A stretch of DNA of 64,000 nucleotides from a virus. Each line of letters begins with the position of its first letter. Within the stretch, counting starts at the first letter, position 1. Of the stretch, positions 10,320 through 18,963 are shown piece after piece. The notes under the pieces are model-generated. The model worked only from the letters and a program-made list of their open reading frames with translations. It was not told the DNA's origin and ran no database searches. Location: IMG/VR virus record IMGVR_UViG_3300032046_000006, positions 1 through 64,000 of that record; one strand, written 5' to 3'. A program made the translations under genes and the position numbers.

Positions 10320-10511
10320 TTAAGCAATAACCTTCATTACTTCGTCTTTAATTCCCAAACCAAATTTTACCGCCTTCATTATTCTTGCAACGCCTTCATC
10401 GGAGATGTCTTTTCTATCAGCAAAAAACCTATCCAGTTTACCTCTTACAACAAAATCCTTTGCCTCCTGCGTTCCTGCTCCCGCTTTTCTGCCTCTTTGT
10501 TTAGTTTCCAT
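10320..10511 (-). CDS. Hypothetical protein
   Basis: 63 aa ORF with GGAGGTG RBS. Confidence 0.6.
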   Translation of the reverse strand: METKQRGRKAGAGTQEAKDFVVRGKLDRFFADRKDISDEGVARIMKAVKFGLGIKDEVMKVIA

Positions 10512-10977
10512 ATCTCACCTCCTTTAATTTTCCTATGCTTGCTTCGTCTCCTATGCTTGCGCAGTTTCCTATGCTTGCTTTGTATCCTATGCTTGCGGAG
10601 TTTCCTATGCGTGCGTAGTTTCCTATGCTTGCGTAGTTTCCTATGCTTGCGGAGTTTCCTATGCTTGCGGAGTTTCCTATGCTTGCGGAGTTTCCTATGC
10701 TTGCGTAGTTTCCTATGCTTGCGTAGTCTCTCATGCTTGCGGAGTTTCCTATGCTTGCGTAGTCTCCTATGCGTGCGTAGTTTCCTATGCTTGCGTAGTT
10801 TCCTATGCTTGCGGAGTTTCCTATGCTTGCGGAGTTTCCTATGCGTGCGTAGTTTCCTATGCTTGCAGTTTCACTAACAATAATTTTTCTGTCATCTAAA
10901 TCTTTTTTTAAATCTTTTAAACTTCCTTCTTTTAATTCCCAATCATAAGTTTTTAAATTTTTTAAATAAATTTTCAT
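10501..10977 (-). CDS. Hexapeptide-repeat (left-handed beta-helix) protein
   Basis: About 19 ASIGN(Y/S) repeats. Confidence 0.8.
   Translation of the reverse strand: MKIYLKNLKTYDWELKEGSLKDLKKDLDDRKIIVSETASIGNYARIGNSASIGNSASIGNYASIGNYARIGDYASIGNSASMRDYASIGNYASIGNSASIGNSASIGNSASIGNYASIGNYARIGNSASIGYKASIGNCASIGDEASIGKLKEVRYGN
10529..10867. repeat. 18-bp coding tandem repeat, about 19 units
   Basis: Units gtttcctatgcttgcg(t/g)a. Confidence 0.95.
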
Positions 10978-11027
10978 TTTCCCGTCTCCTTTTTAAAAAA
11001 ATCTAGTCTTTCAATCTTCATACCTAA

Positions 11028-11056
11028 AGTATAGCATATAATTCTTAACTTGTCAA
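11028..11056 (-). promoter_or_regulatory. sigma70-type early promoter
   Basis: TTGACA-17 nt-TATACT with TG extended -10. Confidence 0.8.
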
Positions 11057-11063
11057 GGCGATA

Positions 11064-11270
11064 TTATTTTAAAGGTAAGTGCCATCCCTTTATATATTCT
11101 ATCCATTTAATTGTACCTTGCCTTGTCATTAACCCATTACGATAGCATATAATCGCTAATGATTGCCCTTCTCTTTTTGTCTTGCATTGCCTCATCCCAT
11201 CATATAAAGAGGTTTTATCACCATACCACCATTTTAAAATATCCGCTTTGTTTAGTGTTTTTATATCCAT
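11064..11270 (-). CDS. Hypothetical protein
   Basis: 68 aa ORF with GGAGG RBS. Confidence 0.6.
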   Translation of the reverse strand: MDIKTLNKADILKWWYGDKTSLYDGMRQCKTKREGQSLAIICYRNGLMTRQGTIKWIEYIKGWHLPLK

Positions 11271-11582
11271 TTAGTCGCCCTCCTTTAACCCTGTATATTT
11301 ATACATAGATAAACTTTCAGCTTCTCTTGCTTTAATCCATGAATTACTATAATAATTTAATCTATTATCTATTAAATTATTAAATTTTTTATCTTTGTGA
11401 TTGCTGTCAATGCAATCAAAGATAAATAGCTTACCTTCAATAAAAATTCCTGCTTCTATAATTTCCCTATAATCATAGTCATTATCTCTAGCAATAGTTT
11501 CATGACTTAGCCAGTCGCTTTTATAATGCCTTAAAAAACCGGTAACCCTATCTTTAACGATGATAAATTTAGTTTCGGTCAT
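11271..11582 (-). CDS. Hypothetical protein
   Basis: 103 aa ORF in a tightly packed operon. Confidence 0.65.
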   Translation of the reverse strand: MTETKFIIVKDRVTGFLRHYKSDWLSHETIARDNDYDYREIIEAGIFIEGKLFIFDCIDSNHKDKKFNNLIDNRLNYYSNSWIKAREAESLSMYKYTGLKEGD

Positions 11583-11802
11583 TGTATAAACCCTCTTGTA
11601 GTTCTTTCTTTATTTTATCCCTATAACTTATGGCATCCGCTTCAGTTTCAAAGTACTTAAAAATACATCTTTCCCTATCCAAAATCTTATAAATACACCC
11701 ATAAAAAGGTTTATCTCTATCAAATCCAAATAGCCCATCCCTTCTAGCATTGCCTATCTCATCATCGATTTTTGTAACTTTTCTTTTATATGTTTTATCC
11801 AT
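11569..11802 (-). CDS. Hypothetical protein
   Basis: 77 aa ORF with GGAGG RBS. Confidence 0.6.
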   Translation of the reverse strand: MDKTYKRKVTKIDDEIGNARRDGLFGFDRDKPFYGCIYKILDRERCIFKYFETEADAISYRDKIKKELQEGLYNDRN

Positions 11803-11835
11803 TTTAATACCTCCCTTATTCTTTTATCCTCCCGC

Positions 11836-12060
11836 CTATAAAACATTATATCCGCAGTTCCTCATTGCTTGTTTAGTTTCAAGCTTTAAAAGTTCTCTTT
11901 CAGCGATTTCTTTAGTAACAAATTCATCCCATATCTTATATTCAATATAAGATGCACCAAAACTATCTATAAAATACCTTGCAATTCTAATACTATATAT
12001 GCCCTTAATATATTTGTTATGGTATACTTCGGCAATTTCTTTTATTAGTTTAACCCTCAT
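11836..12060 (-). CDS. Hypothetical protein
   Basis: 74 aa ORF with GGAGG RBS. Confidence 0.6.
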   Translation of the reverse strand: MRVKLIKEIAEVYHNKYIKGIYSIRIARYFIDSFGASYIEYKIWDEFVTKEIAERELLKLETKQAMRNCGYNVL

Positions 12061-12229
12061 CTTATCCCTCCTTTTTAAAAATCTTTTAATCTCCTCATAT
12101 CATATATTTAAAATAATCAATCGCCAATAAAATATTTCCTTCCCAAATTTTACGATTGCCTCTAAATACTGCTAAACTCCCATTTCTGTCAATGAAGGAA
12201 CGGGATAAATCCAATCTCGTTAATTCCTT

Positions 12230-12412
12230 TCAATTTCCAATTAACTTATTTATCTTTCTGATTCTTGTTTTCAATTCCCTTCTAACCTTGCGGCCTTCGC
12301 CGGTATTACTACAGTAATAGAGTCTCTTTCCTAAGTCTTCCCTTTCCAGTGCCAAATCCCTTTTTTCACAATTTCCTTGAGTAAAGATCTTTTCCATGTT
12401 TTTAAAAGTCAT
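12230..12412 (-). CDS. Small basic hypothetical protein, first gene of the leftward unit
   Basis: 60 aa ORF with GGAGG RBS directly after the promoter. Confidence 0.6.
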   Translation of the reverse strand: MTFKNMEKIFTQGNCEKRDLALEREDLGKRLYYCSNTGEGRKVRRELKTRIRKINKLIGN

Positions 12413-12458
12413 CTTATTCCTCCTTTTTAAAAAATTTTAAATCCCCTAACCTATAAGA

Positions 12459-12487
12459 AGTATAACATAAATAAATAAATTTGTCAA
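12459..12487 (-). promoter_or_regulatory. sigma70-type early promoter heading the leftward operon
   Basis: TTGACA-17 nt-TATACT with TG extended -10 and an AT-rich UP-like region. Confidence 0.85.
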
Positions 12488-13274
12488 GGGCAAAATAAAA
12501 AATAAATTAAACTAACCTACGCTATCCGCTCCCCACCACAAAATCGGCAGGCAGGCAAAGTCCGTCTTTTAGGTGTCCGTCTGGCCCATTACACGGATTA
12601 TAAAGCCGATTACACCCAGGCTAGTGTATTTTTCCGCCGTAGGCGGATCCGCTAAGAGAATAAATAAGAAAGATAAAAATAAACTAATACACTATAATAA
12701 AAAAGATGAGAAGTAAGGCAAGAAATAAAAACTGGCGCATAATTTATGCCTCAAATTTATACCTTAAATCCCGCTTATACTCTATAAGTAAATTATAAAA
12801 TAATATACCTCAATTTTATTATAACCTATTCAATTATAATAACTTATATCAATATGGGGCCGGGTTCAGTTTAGCAAAATCCACAAAATCTTCGGAAGTA
12901 TACCGACTATATTTATCTATCGATTTATTTATTCTACCCACTCACTTATATATATTTATGTCATATTTTACTCTTTTTCTTATTTATTGAGTTCGGGATA
13001 TTTATTTATTCTTACCTTTTTTATTCTATCTTATTCTATTCATTGACTTTATATTTTATTTCCTACCATTTATATTTATATTGTTCGGGGCATTATTTAT
13101 ATTATATTTGCGACTGTTCGGTAATCATTAATAAATTCCTTTTTATTTATGTTTCGGTAAGTTGCTAAAAATGATAAGTTAGAGAAATAGAATAGGCTTA
13201 TTTTTATTATTAAATTAGATTAATATGTATTGGTGATAGTGGGTGGTGGGTTTATTTTAGCAAAGATACTATAT

Positions 13275-13827
13275 AGGTAGAAAGTAGGGTATTTTTTAAT
13301 TTTTTTTAATTTAACCTATTGGGTTCATTAAAGTTATATTTCTACCTATACTTCTACCTTTACATATCTCATTGTATTAGTTGTAGTTATGTAAATGGGT
13401 AAAAGTTTCTACCTTTGTAACTATTTGCTACTGTTAAAGTTATATCCAAAAAAGAGTTTCTACCTGCATTTTAGGGTAGATACTGCCTTTTTATCGAAAT
13501 AATAGTATCTTTACCGGATAATAAATCATAGTTTCTACCTTACATCTACCTATGAATCTACCTTTTTCTACCTTTATCGTAACTCATTATTTATCAACAA
13601 GGTAGATTTAAGTAGAAAGTAAGTTTAGGTAAATCTACCTATTTCTACCTTTTTAAAAGGTAGATTTGGGTAGATTCTAAGAATCGTAGAAAATAAGAGG
13701 TCGAGGTGCGGAACTGCCCCCTACCCCCGTAGGGTAGTAATTTTATCATTGTTTTAGGTTTTTTTCTTTCCCAGTAGCTATTCTGAAGAAGAAAATAAAC
13801 ACATACACAATGGTAGAAGAAGGTAGA
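13275..13827. repeat. Cluster of about 17 TCTACC(T)/(A)GGTAGA boxes; candidate replication origin or packaging site
   Basis: Direct and inverted copies in a non-coding region at the strand switch; several are spaced 10-12 bp apart. Confidence 0.7.
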
Positions 13828-13854
13828 AAGCGATTTGCTTTTTGAATCGATTTC

Positions 13855-13918
13855 TATTTAATACGATAGTATTAAATATAATATATAAAACTAGTATTTA
13901 ATACTAAGTATTAAATAC
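13855..13918. repeat. Two related AT-rich palindromes (TATTTAATAC-n3/4-GTATTAAATA)
   Basis: Perfect 10-11 bp arms at 13855-13878 and 13894-13918. Confidence 0.8.
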
Positions 13919-14358
13919 GTTACTAGTAGTAATACGTAGTAATGTATTTAATAAGAGTAAGAGATTGTTAAGAGAGAGAGATTATGAAATTTCTTAATTA
14001 AATTGATTTTATTCTTCATTTGGAAAAATAGTTAAAATAATGGTTGCAGAAATCGCTTTTTTTGTAGATACTTTAATTGAAAGGATATGAGATTTAATTT
14101 TTGAGAATAATGATACTTAATATGCCTATAACTCCGAAAGGGAAATGAAGGGTTCACAGTTCCTCTTATTCTCATAACTTATTGTATTTGCTTTCTTTCT
14201 GAATCTTGAGATGTGGTATTTGAGCATCTAAATCTAAAGCCAATTAGACAAGTTCGGAAAGAGTTATTTTATACTTTTCCTCAAAAGGGCGTTGACTGGG
14301 TCGATGGCTCTGCGAGGATTTATTTAATTTATTAATCTTTTTAAAAAAAGGAGATAGC

Positions 14359-14487
14359 ATGGGTAGGGGAAGAAAGAAACTCGACATTAATGTTAAGATT
14401 CAAAGAGCCAAAGATTTATTGGCAAAATTAGAGGCAGAAAAAGAAGAGGGGATGGCTCCATCTTGTCTTTCTCCGAAAACAGAATAA
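14359..14487 (+). CDS. Small basic protein, 42 aa (MGRGRKKLDINVKIQRAK...)
   Basis: Translated by hand; AAGGAG RBS; first gene of the rightward unit. Confidence 0.6.
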   Translation: MGRGRKKLDINVKIQRAKDLLAKLEAEKEEGMAPSCLSPKTE

Positions 14488-14525
14488 ATAAGTTTATTAC
14501 CCGATTTATTTTTTAAGTCGGGAAT

Positions 14526-14554
14526 GAGGGAGAATTAATTTTCTCCCTCCCAAA
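14526..14554 (+). promoter_or_regulatory. GAGGG...CCCTC-CCAAA hairpin, copy 1
   Basis: Stem GAGGGAGAA/TTCTCCCTC followed by CCAAA. Confidence 0.7.
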
Positions 14555-14568
14555 TTTAGTAACAAATT

Positions 14569-14634
14569 AAAGCTAATTGGTTAATGTTTATGGACTGGGG
14601 AACCCTGGTCGAATTAATTGATTAGCTTTTTTTT
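14569..14634 (+). terminator. Long hairpin with U-tract, likely an intrinsic terminator
   Basis: 17-bp outer stem AAAGCTAATTGGTTAAT/ATTAATTGATTAGCTTT (3 GU pairs), inner GC-rich stem, then a T run. Confidence 0.6.
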
Positions 14635-14651
14635 ATTTTTAGGGAGGACTA

Positions 14652-14807
14652 ATGACTTTTACTTTTGATAATCATTGGCTTTGTTTAAGAGATTGGTTAG
14701 AATTTACTTTTTTTAAAATTATATTTGATTATAAAGAAACTGATTATAAATATTTAGAAATTACGATTCTGAATCTGGAATTTATTTTCAATTGGGGAAA
14801 TAAATGA
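14652..14807 (+). CDS. Small hypothetical protein, 51 aa
   Basis: GGAGG RBS; stop overlaps the next ATG (ATGA). Confidence 0.5.
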   Translation: MTFTFDNHWLCLRDWLEFTFFKIIFDYKETDYKYLEITILNLEFIFNWGNK

Positions 14808-15148
14808 GAACTTTAGATTTAAAAATTTTAAAAGGGAATACTAAAAAATATACTTTGATTTTCAGAAATAAGGATAAGACCTATCCTAACATTTCTTCGT
14901 GGACTGTTTATTTTACTGTTAAAAAAAATCTTGCCGACTCTTATGCTAATGCTAAAATAAAAAAAGTAATTACACAACATACCAACCCAACAAGAGGACA
15001 AACGGCTATAATGCTGACTTCTATTGATACAGATTTATTAGGTTCTTATTTGTATGACATAACTGTAAAAAATAATGAGATGACTACTATTCTAATGGGG
15101 AAGATTCAATTTGATTTAAGTGTAACCGATGGGGGGGGGGGGGGGTAA
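14804..15148 (+). CDS. BppU-N-like Ig-fold virion adaptor protein; ends in G15-encoded GGGGG
   Basis: KGNT...YFTVK...G.T.I.LTS.DT...GSYLYDI pattern; paralog of 22327..22698. Confidence 0.65.
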   Translation: MRTLDLKILKGNTKKYTLIFRNKDKTYPNISSWTVYFTVKKNLADSYANAKIKKVITQHTNPTRGQTAIMLTSIDTDLLGSYLYDITVKNNEMTTILMGKIQFDLSVTDGGGGG

Positions 15149-15157
15149 TTTAGACTG

Positions 15158-15379
15158 ATGGAATCTGAAATAATTAATATAACACTGGAAAAAAATCAAC
15201 CAATAAATGTTTCTTTAACAAAAGAAACTCTTATCGATGTATCTCTCACTGAATCAGTAATAAATGTTGTTATGGAAGGTGGCTTAAAAGGAGAAAGTGG
15301 ACATATACACGCTAATAAAGAATTATTAGACAGTATTTATTTTGATAATCAATTAAAAAATTTTTTAATAGGAGAATAA
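15158..15379 (+). CDS. Small fibre-associated protein
   Basis: Beta-repeat N-terminus like 22701..23048; HIHANKELLD fibre motif. Confidence 0.55.
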   Translation: MESEIINITLEKNQPINVSLTKETLIDVSLTESVINVVMEGGLKGESGHIHANKELLDSIYFDNQLKNFLIGE

Positions 15380-16177
15380 ATGTCTTATAGAATTCCTGTA
15401 CTTGAATCTTTCGAATTTCAACCAAAAGTTTTGGATAAAGACTTAGCCGCTCCTCCAAGTTTTCCAGTAAAAGGTGATAGATATATAATAGCATCTGGAG
15501 CCTCTGGAGATTGGAATGGAAAAGATAAATATATTGCTTGGTATGATGGGTCTATTTGGAAATTTGATGTTCCAAAAAAAGGAACACTAACTTATGTTGA
15601 TGACGAAGATAAATATTATAGTTATAATGGTTCTTCTTGGATAGATGTTGGAACTGCCATTGAATTAAAAGATGCGATAGGCAAAAAACATTCCCCTCAT
15701 AGTGATGACCAAGACCTCAGTGGATTAGAAGAAAAAAATAATAAAGGGCAACCTAATGGTTATTCTTCTTTGGATGGTAGTGGAAAAATACTAGTAACAG
15801 AATTGCCTAATGCAATAATGACTTATCAAGGAACTTGGGATGCAAGTACAAATACTCCTACTTTAGAAGATGGAATGTCAGGAGTAATATCGGGAGATGT
15901 TTATAGAGTATCAGTCGCTGGAACGCAAAATTTAGGTTCAGGTAATATATCTTTTGAAGTTGGAGATTATTGTATTTATAATGGGTCTACTTGGGAAAAA
16001 GCGGATACGACTGATGCGGTAACTCAAATCAATGGAAAAATAGGAGAAGTTAATTTAGTTGCTTCTGATATACCCACAGACGAAAGCAGTGAAACAGTTC
16101 AAGACAAATTAGATGAATTAAATTCTAAAAAAGCCAGTTATGACCCTGAGTTAGATTGCATAACTTTTGATATTTAA
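15380..16177 (+). CDS. DUF2793-domain fibre/virion protein
   Basis: APPS.P..GDRYII...GDW.GKD..IA.Y.G..W.F..P..G signature; YQGTWDASTNTP module. Confidence 0.8.
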   Translation: MSYRIPVLESFEFQPKVLDKDLAAPPSFPVKGDRYIIASGASGDWNGKDKYIAWYDGSIWKFDVPKKGTLTYVDDEDKYYSYNGSSWIDVGTAIELKDAIGKKHSPHSDDQDLSGLEEKNNKGQPNGYSSLDGSGKILVTELPNAIMTYQGTWDASTNTPTLEDGMSGVISGDVYRVSVAGTQNLGSGNISFEVGDYCIYNGSTWEKADTTDAVTQINGKIGEVNLVASDIPTDESSETVQDKLDELNSKKASYDPELDCITFDI

Positions 16178-16178
16178 A

Positions 16179-16568
16179 ATGAAAAAAATACCTATTTTAG
16201 ATACTGACAATAAAATAAAAACAACAGACTTAGGCGGTGTAGGAGCAGACTCGACCAAATTTTTAAGAGGCGATAAAACTTGGGTAGTCCCACAAAATGC
16301 TCCAAATATAAAACAGATAGAAATTGATTTTGAATCTATTCCAGTTAGCGAAAAAGAATTTGTTATAATAGACTCAGATGTTTTGGTTACTTCTCAAATT
16401 GTTGGAAATATTGCTTATGAGTCTCCGACAGACAAAGAGTTAGATGAATTAGAAATGGATTCTCTTAATTTAAAATTTGCTCCAGGAAATGGGCAATTTA
16501 CTATTTATATAAAAGGTGAAGAAGGTTATTTAGAGGGGAAATTCAAAATAAATTATCTCATAGGTTAG
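16179..16568 (+). CDS. Putative fibre/virion protein
   Basis: TKFLRGDKTW fibre motif; start moved to the ATG at 16179. Confidence 0.6.
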   Translation: MKKIPILDTDNKIKTTDLGGVGADSTKFLRGDKTWVVPQNAPNIKQIEIDFESIPVSEKEFVIIDSDVLVTSQIVGNIAYESPTDKELDELEMDSLNLKFAPGNGQFTIYIKGEEGYLEGKFKINYLIG

Positions 16569-16576
16569 GAGAAAAA

Positions 16577-17254
16577 ATGGCAATAATTAAATCGGGAGAT
16601 TCTTCAGACCAGTTAAAAGTTGATGCTACAAGTAAAGCTGCAAGAATAACTTTATATAATTCAAATGGAATAGAAATAGGGACTTTAGCTAATCCTTTGC
16701 AAGTAATTCCATTAGAGAGTTCAGAAACTGTTTATGGAGAGTATACTGCTTCTTCATTTAGAACAATGGGATTGACTACAAATCCCCATAATATTTTTAC
16801 GATTGAAAATCCTTCTGGTAGCGGAAGAATACTCGGTATTAAAAGAATGACTATTCAAGTTATACAAACTGCATTGCAGATAACGACTATTCCTAATTTT
16901 AAAACAAGTAGACTTGCATCTTTACCAACAGGAGGAACATCAATATCTGCTGTTAAATTTGATACCAATAATAGTGCTCCAGTTGCAATAGTTAGAGGAG
17001 CTACCGCAAGTGATGGTGGCGTGGCGACTGTTATAAATGCCTCTCCAGGAGTAACTATATGGCAACAATATTCTTCCAAATTAATTACAGCAGCAGGATT
17101 TACTTTTGCCCCCGATGATTCTTTATTGCCTCAATATATTTATGATAAACCATATATTTTAAGAACTGGAGAATCATTATTAGTGAGATTGGAAGTAAAT
17201 AATATTGCGACTGCACATTATATTGTTCAAGTTGCTTGGAAGGAATATATATAA
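16577..17254 (+). CDS. Putative virion protein (beta-rich)
   Basis: Ser/Thr/Ala-rich protein within the fibre module. Confidence 0.55.
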   Translation: MAIIKSGDSSDQLKVDATSKAARITLYNSNGIEIGTLANPLQVIPLESSETVYGEYTASSFRTMGLTTNPHNIFTIENPSGSGRILGIKRMTIQVIQTALQITTIPNFKTSRLASLPTGGTSISAVKFDTNNSAPVAIVRGATASDGGVATVINASPGVTIWQQYSSKLITAAGFTFAPDDSLLPQYIYDKPYILRTGESLLVRLEVNNIATAHYIVQVAWKEYI

Positions 17255-17688
17255 TGGCTAATAACGATTATGGATGCGGATTTCCTTATTATACTTCAAT
17301 TTATCAAATAGTATTTTGGAATTGTAATGGATTTAATTTGAATGAAACAACATCGATGTTTTCTGGGATATGGGGGAGATTTGCTCCTCTGTATATTGTA
17401 GTGGTGGGATTGGATATACAATGGGTAGGAGGAGCACCAGCGACAGGAGATACCCCAAAAATTTCCATAGGAACCAATGATTCAAAGTATGATAATGTAA
17501 TTCCTAATATTCAGTTAGGAGGTTTATTGACTACAGAAGATAGTTATATAATATTGGCTTCTCAAAAATCAAAAATGCCATTGATAGACGACCAATTATC
17601 ATTAAAAATAAATGAGGTTGCCAATCCAGCCAAATTTTTAACATATACATTTCATACTTATTTATTTGGAATAGATGTAAATATATAG
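17254..17688 (+). CDS. Putative virion protein
   Basis: TAATG coupling; start moved to 17254. Confidence 0.55.
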   Translation: MANNDYGCGFPYYTSIYQIVFWNCNGFNLNETTSMFSGIWGRFAPLYIVVVGLDIQWVGGAPATGDTPKISIGTNDSKYDNVIPNIQLGGLLTTEDSYIILASQKSKMPLIDDQLSLKINEVANPAKFLTYTFHTYLFGIDVNI

Positions 17689-17733
17689 ATAAAAAAGATA
17701 TAAAAAAAAGAATAATAAAAAAAGGAGAAAAAA

Positions 17734-17985
17734 ATGGATAAAAAACGCCTTGCAAGAATAAGAATAAGAGTTAATAATAGTTTAATAGGCAGTGAATTTT
17801 ATGGTAAATTGTTGTCCCTATTATATGCAATGACTGGAGGGAATTTGGAAGGGTTAAGTATTAGTAAACATTCAAATAATTTTGAGATTGATGCAAGTGA
17901 AGTAGCGTCTATTGTTCCTTTATTAGATGCAATTATTGTTGCTATTACCTCAGGGGGAGGAACACCTCCACCAGTAGGTAGATAG
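17734..17985 (+). CDS. Hypothetical protein
   Basis: 83 aa ORF with AAGGAG RBS. Confidence 0.65.
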   Translation: MDKKRLARIRIRVNNSLIGSEFYGKLLSLLYAMTGGNLEGLSISKHSNNFEIDASEVASIVPLLDAIIVAITSGGGTPPPVGR

Positions 17986-18036
17986 TTTCAAGGAAGACTT
18001 TTGTTAGTAAAATTTGAAAAATAAGAAATAATAATT

Positions 18037-18068
18037 GAGGGAAGAAATAAAATTCTTCCCTCCCAAAA
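18037..18068 (+). promoter_or_regulatory. GAGGG...CCCTC-CCAAA hairpin, copy 2
   Basis: GAGGGAAGAA/TTCTTCCCTC followed by CCAAAA. Confidence 0.7.
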
Positions 18069-18107
18069 TAAAAAGATGATATAAAAATATCCTAACTAAT
18101 TTTTTAT

Positions 18108-18668
18108 ATGACAAAAGAAGAGCAGAAAGAATATAAAAAAGAATGGCGATTAAAAAATAAAGAACATATCAAAGAATATTCCAAAAAATGGTATTTAAAA
18201 AATAAAGATAAGAAGAATGCTTACGATAAAAAATATATGAAAAAATATTTTAAAGAAAAATATTATACAGATTTGCAATTTAGGTTTAAATTAATCGAAA
18301 GAACTAAAAAATATCTAACAAAAAAATACAATATTGATATTAACTATAAAATTTTACATAATTTAAGAAGTAGAGTTTGCTCAGCCCTTAAAGGTAATCC
18401 TAAACTGTCTACTACTATGAAAATAGTAGGTTGTTCTATTATTCAACTTAAACAACATTTAGAATCTCAATTCGCAGAAGGCATGTCTTGGTCTAATTAT
18501 GGATTTTATGGTTGGCACATAGACCACATTAAACCATGTGCGAGTTTTGATTTGACTAATCCAGAAGAACAAAAGAAATGTTTCCATTATACCAATCTCC
18601 AGCCCTTATGGGGAATAGATAATATTAAAAAAGGAAAAAAAGAATTAAGAGAAAATAAAATTATTTAA
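18108..18668 (+). CDS. HNH-family homing endonuclease
   Basis: WHIDHIKPCASFDL...CFHYTNLQPLW...N; Lys/Tyr-rich N-terminus; paralog of 28608..29321. Confidence 0.85.
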   Translation: MTKEEQKEYKKEWRLKNKEHIKEYSKKWYLKNKDKKNAYDKKYMKKYFKEKYYTDLQFRFKLIERTKKYLTKKYNIDINYKILHNLRSRVCSALKGNPKLSTTMKIVGCSIIQLKQHLESQFAEGMSWSNYGFYGWHIDHIKPCASFDLTNPEEQKKCFHYTNLQPLWGIDNIKKGKKELRENKII

Positions 18669-18683
18669 AAGGAGAATCGAAAA

Positions 18684-18935
18684 ATGAGTAATCCAGATAG
18701 AAGTTTGTCTTTTGGGATGCAAAATTTCATGATTGTTGCTATCGATGAAGCTAGCGAAACATATAATTATTATGGTTATCTTGATAAAAAAGGTGCTATT
18801 CTTTTAATGAGAACAAATAAAGCAGTAACCGAAATTAGATACTGGATTGGCATAGGGACTTTTGCTACTATATGGGCTGTAAGAACTGCGAAAAATTATA
18901 CCACTCCCGATTTACTTACTAATCCGACACTATAA
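18684..18935 (+). CDS. Putative small virion protein
   Basis: 83 aa ORF with RBS in the fibre module. Confidence 0.55.
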   Translation: MSNPDRSLSFGMQNFMIVAIDEASETYNYYGYLDKKGAILLMRTNKAVTEIRYWIGIGTFATIWAVRTAKNYTTPDLLTNPTL

Positions 18936-18963
18936 TCTAACTAAACAAGGAGATTATTAAAAA

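Noticed and set aside
10529-10867. DGR-like adenine-biased variation in the repeat units
   Set aside because: No reverse transcriptase or TR/VR pair in the window; wobble adenines are not mutated and some changes are at non-A positions.
10299-10877. Plus-strand RSFLCL repeat ORF
   Set aside because: Antisense shadow of the hexapeptide-repeat gene.
12500-14350. Possible CRISPR array or tRNA cluster in the non-coding region
   Set aside because: Repeats are only 6-11 bp with irregular spacing and no repeat-spacer periodicity; no tRNA cloverleaf recognised; no cas genes.
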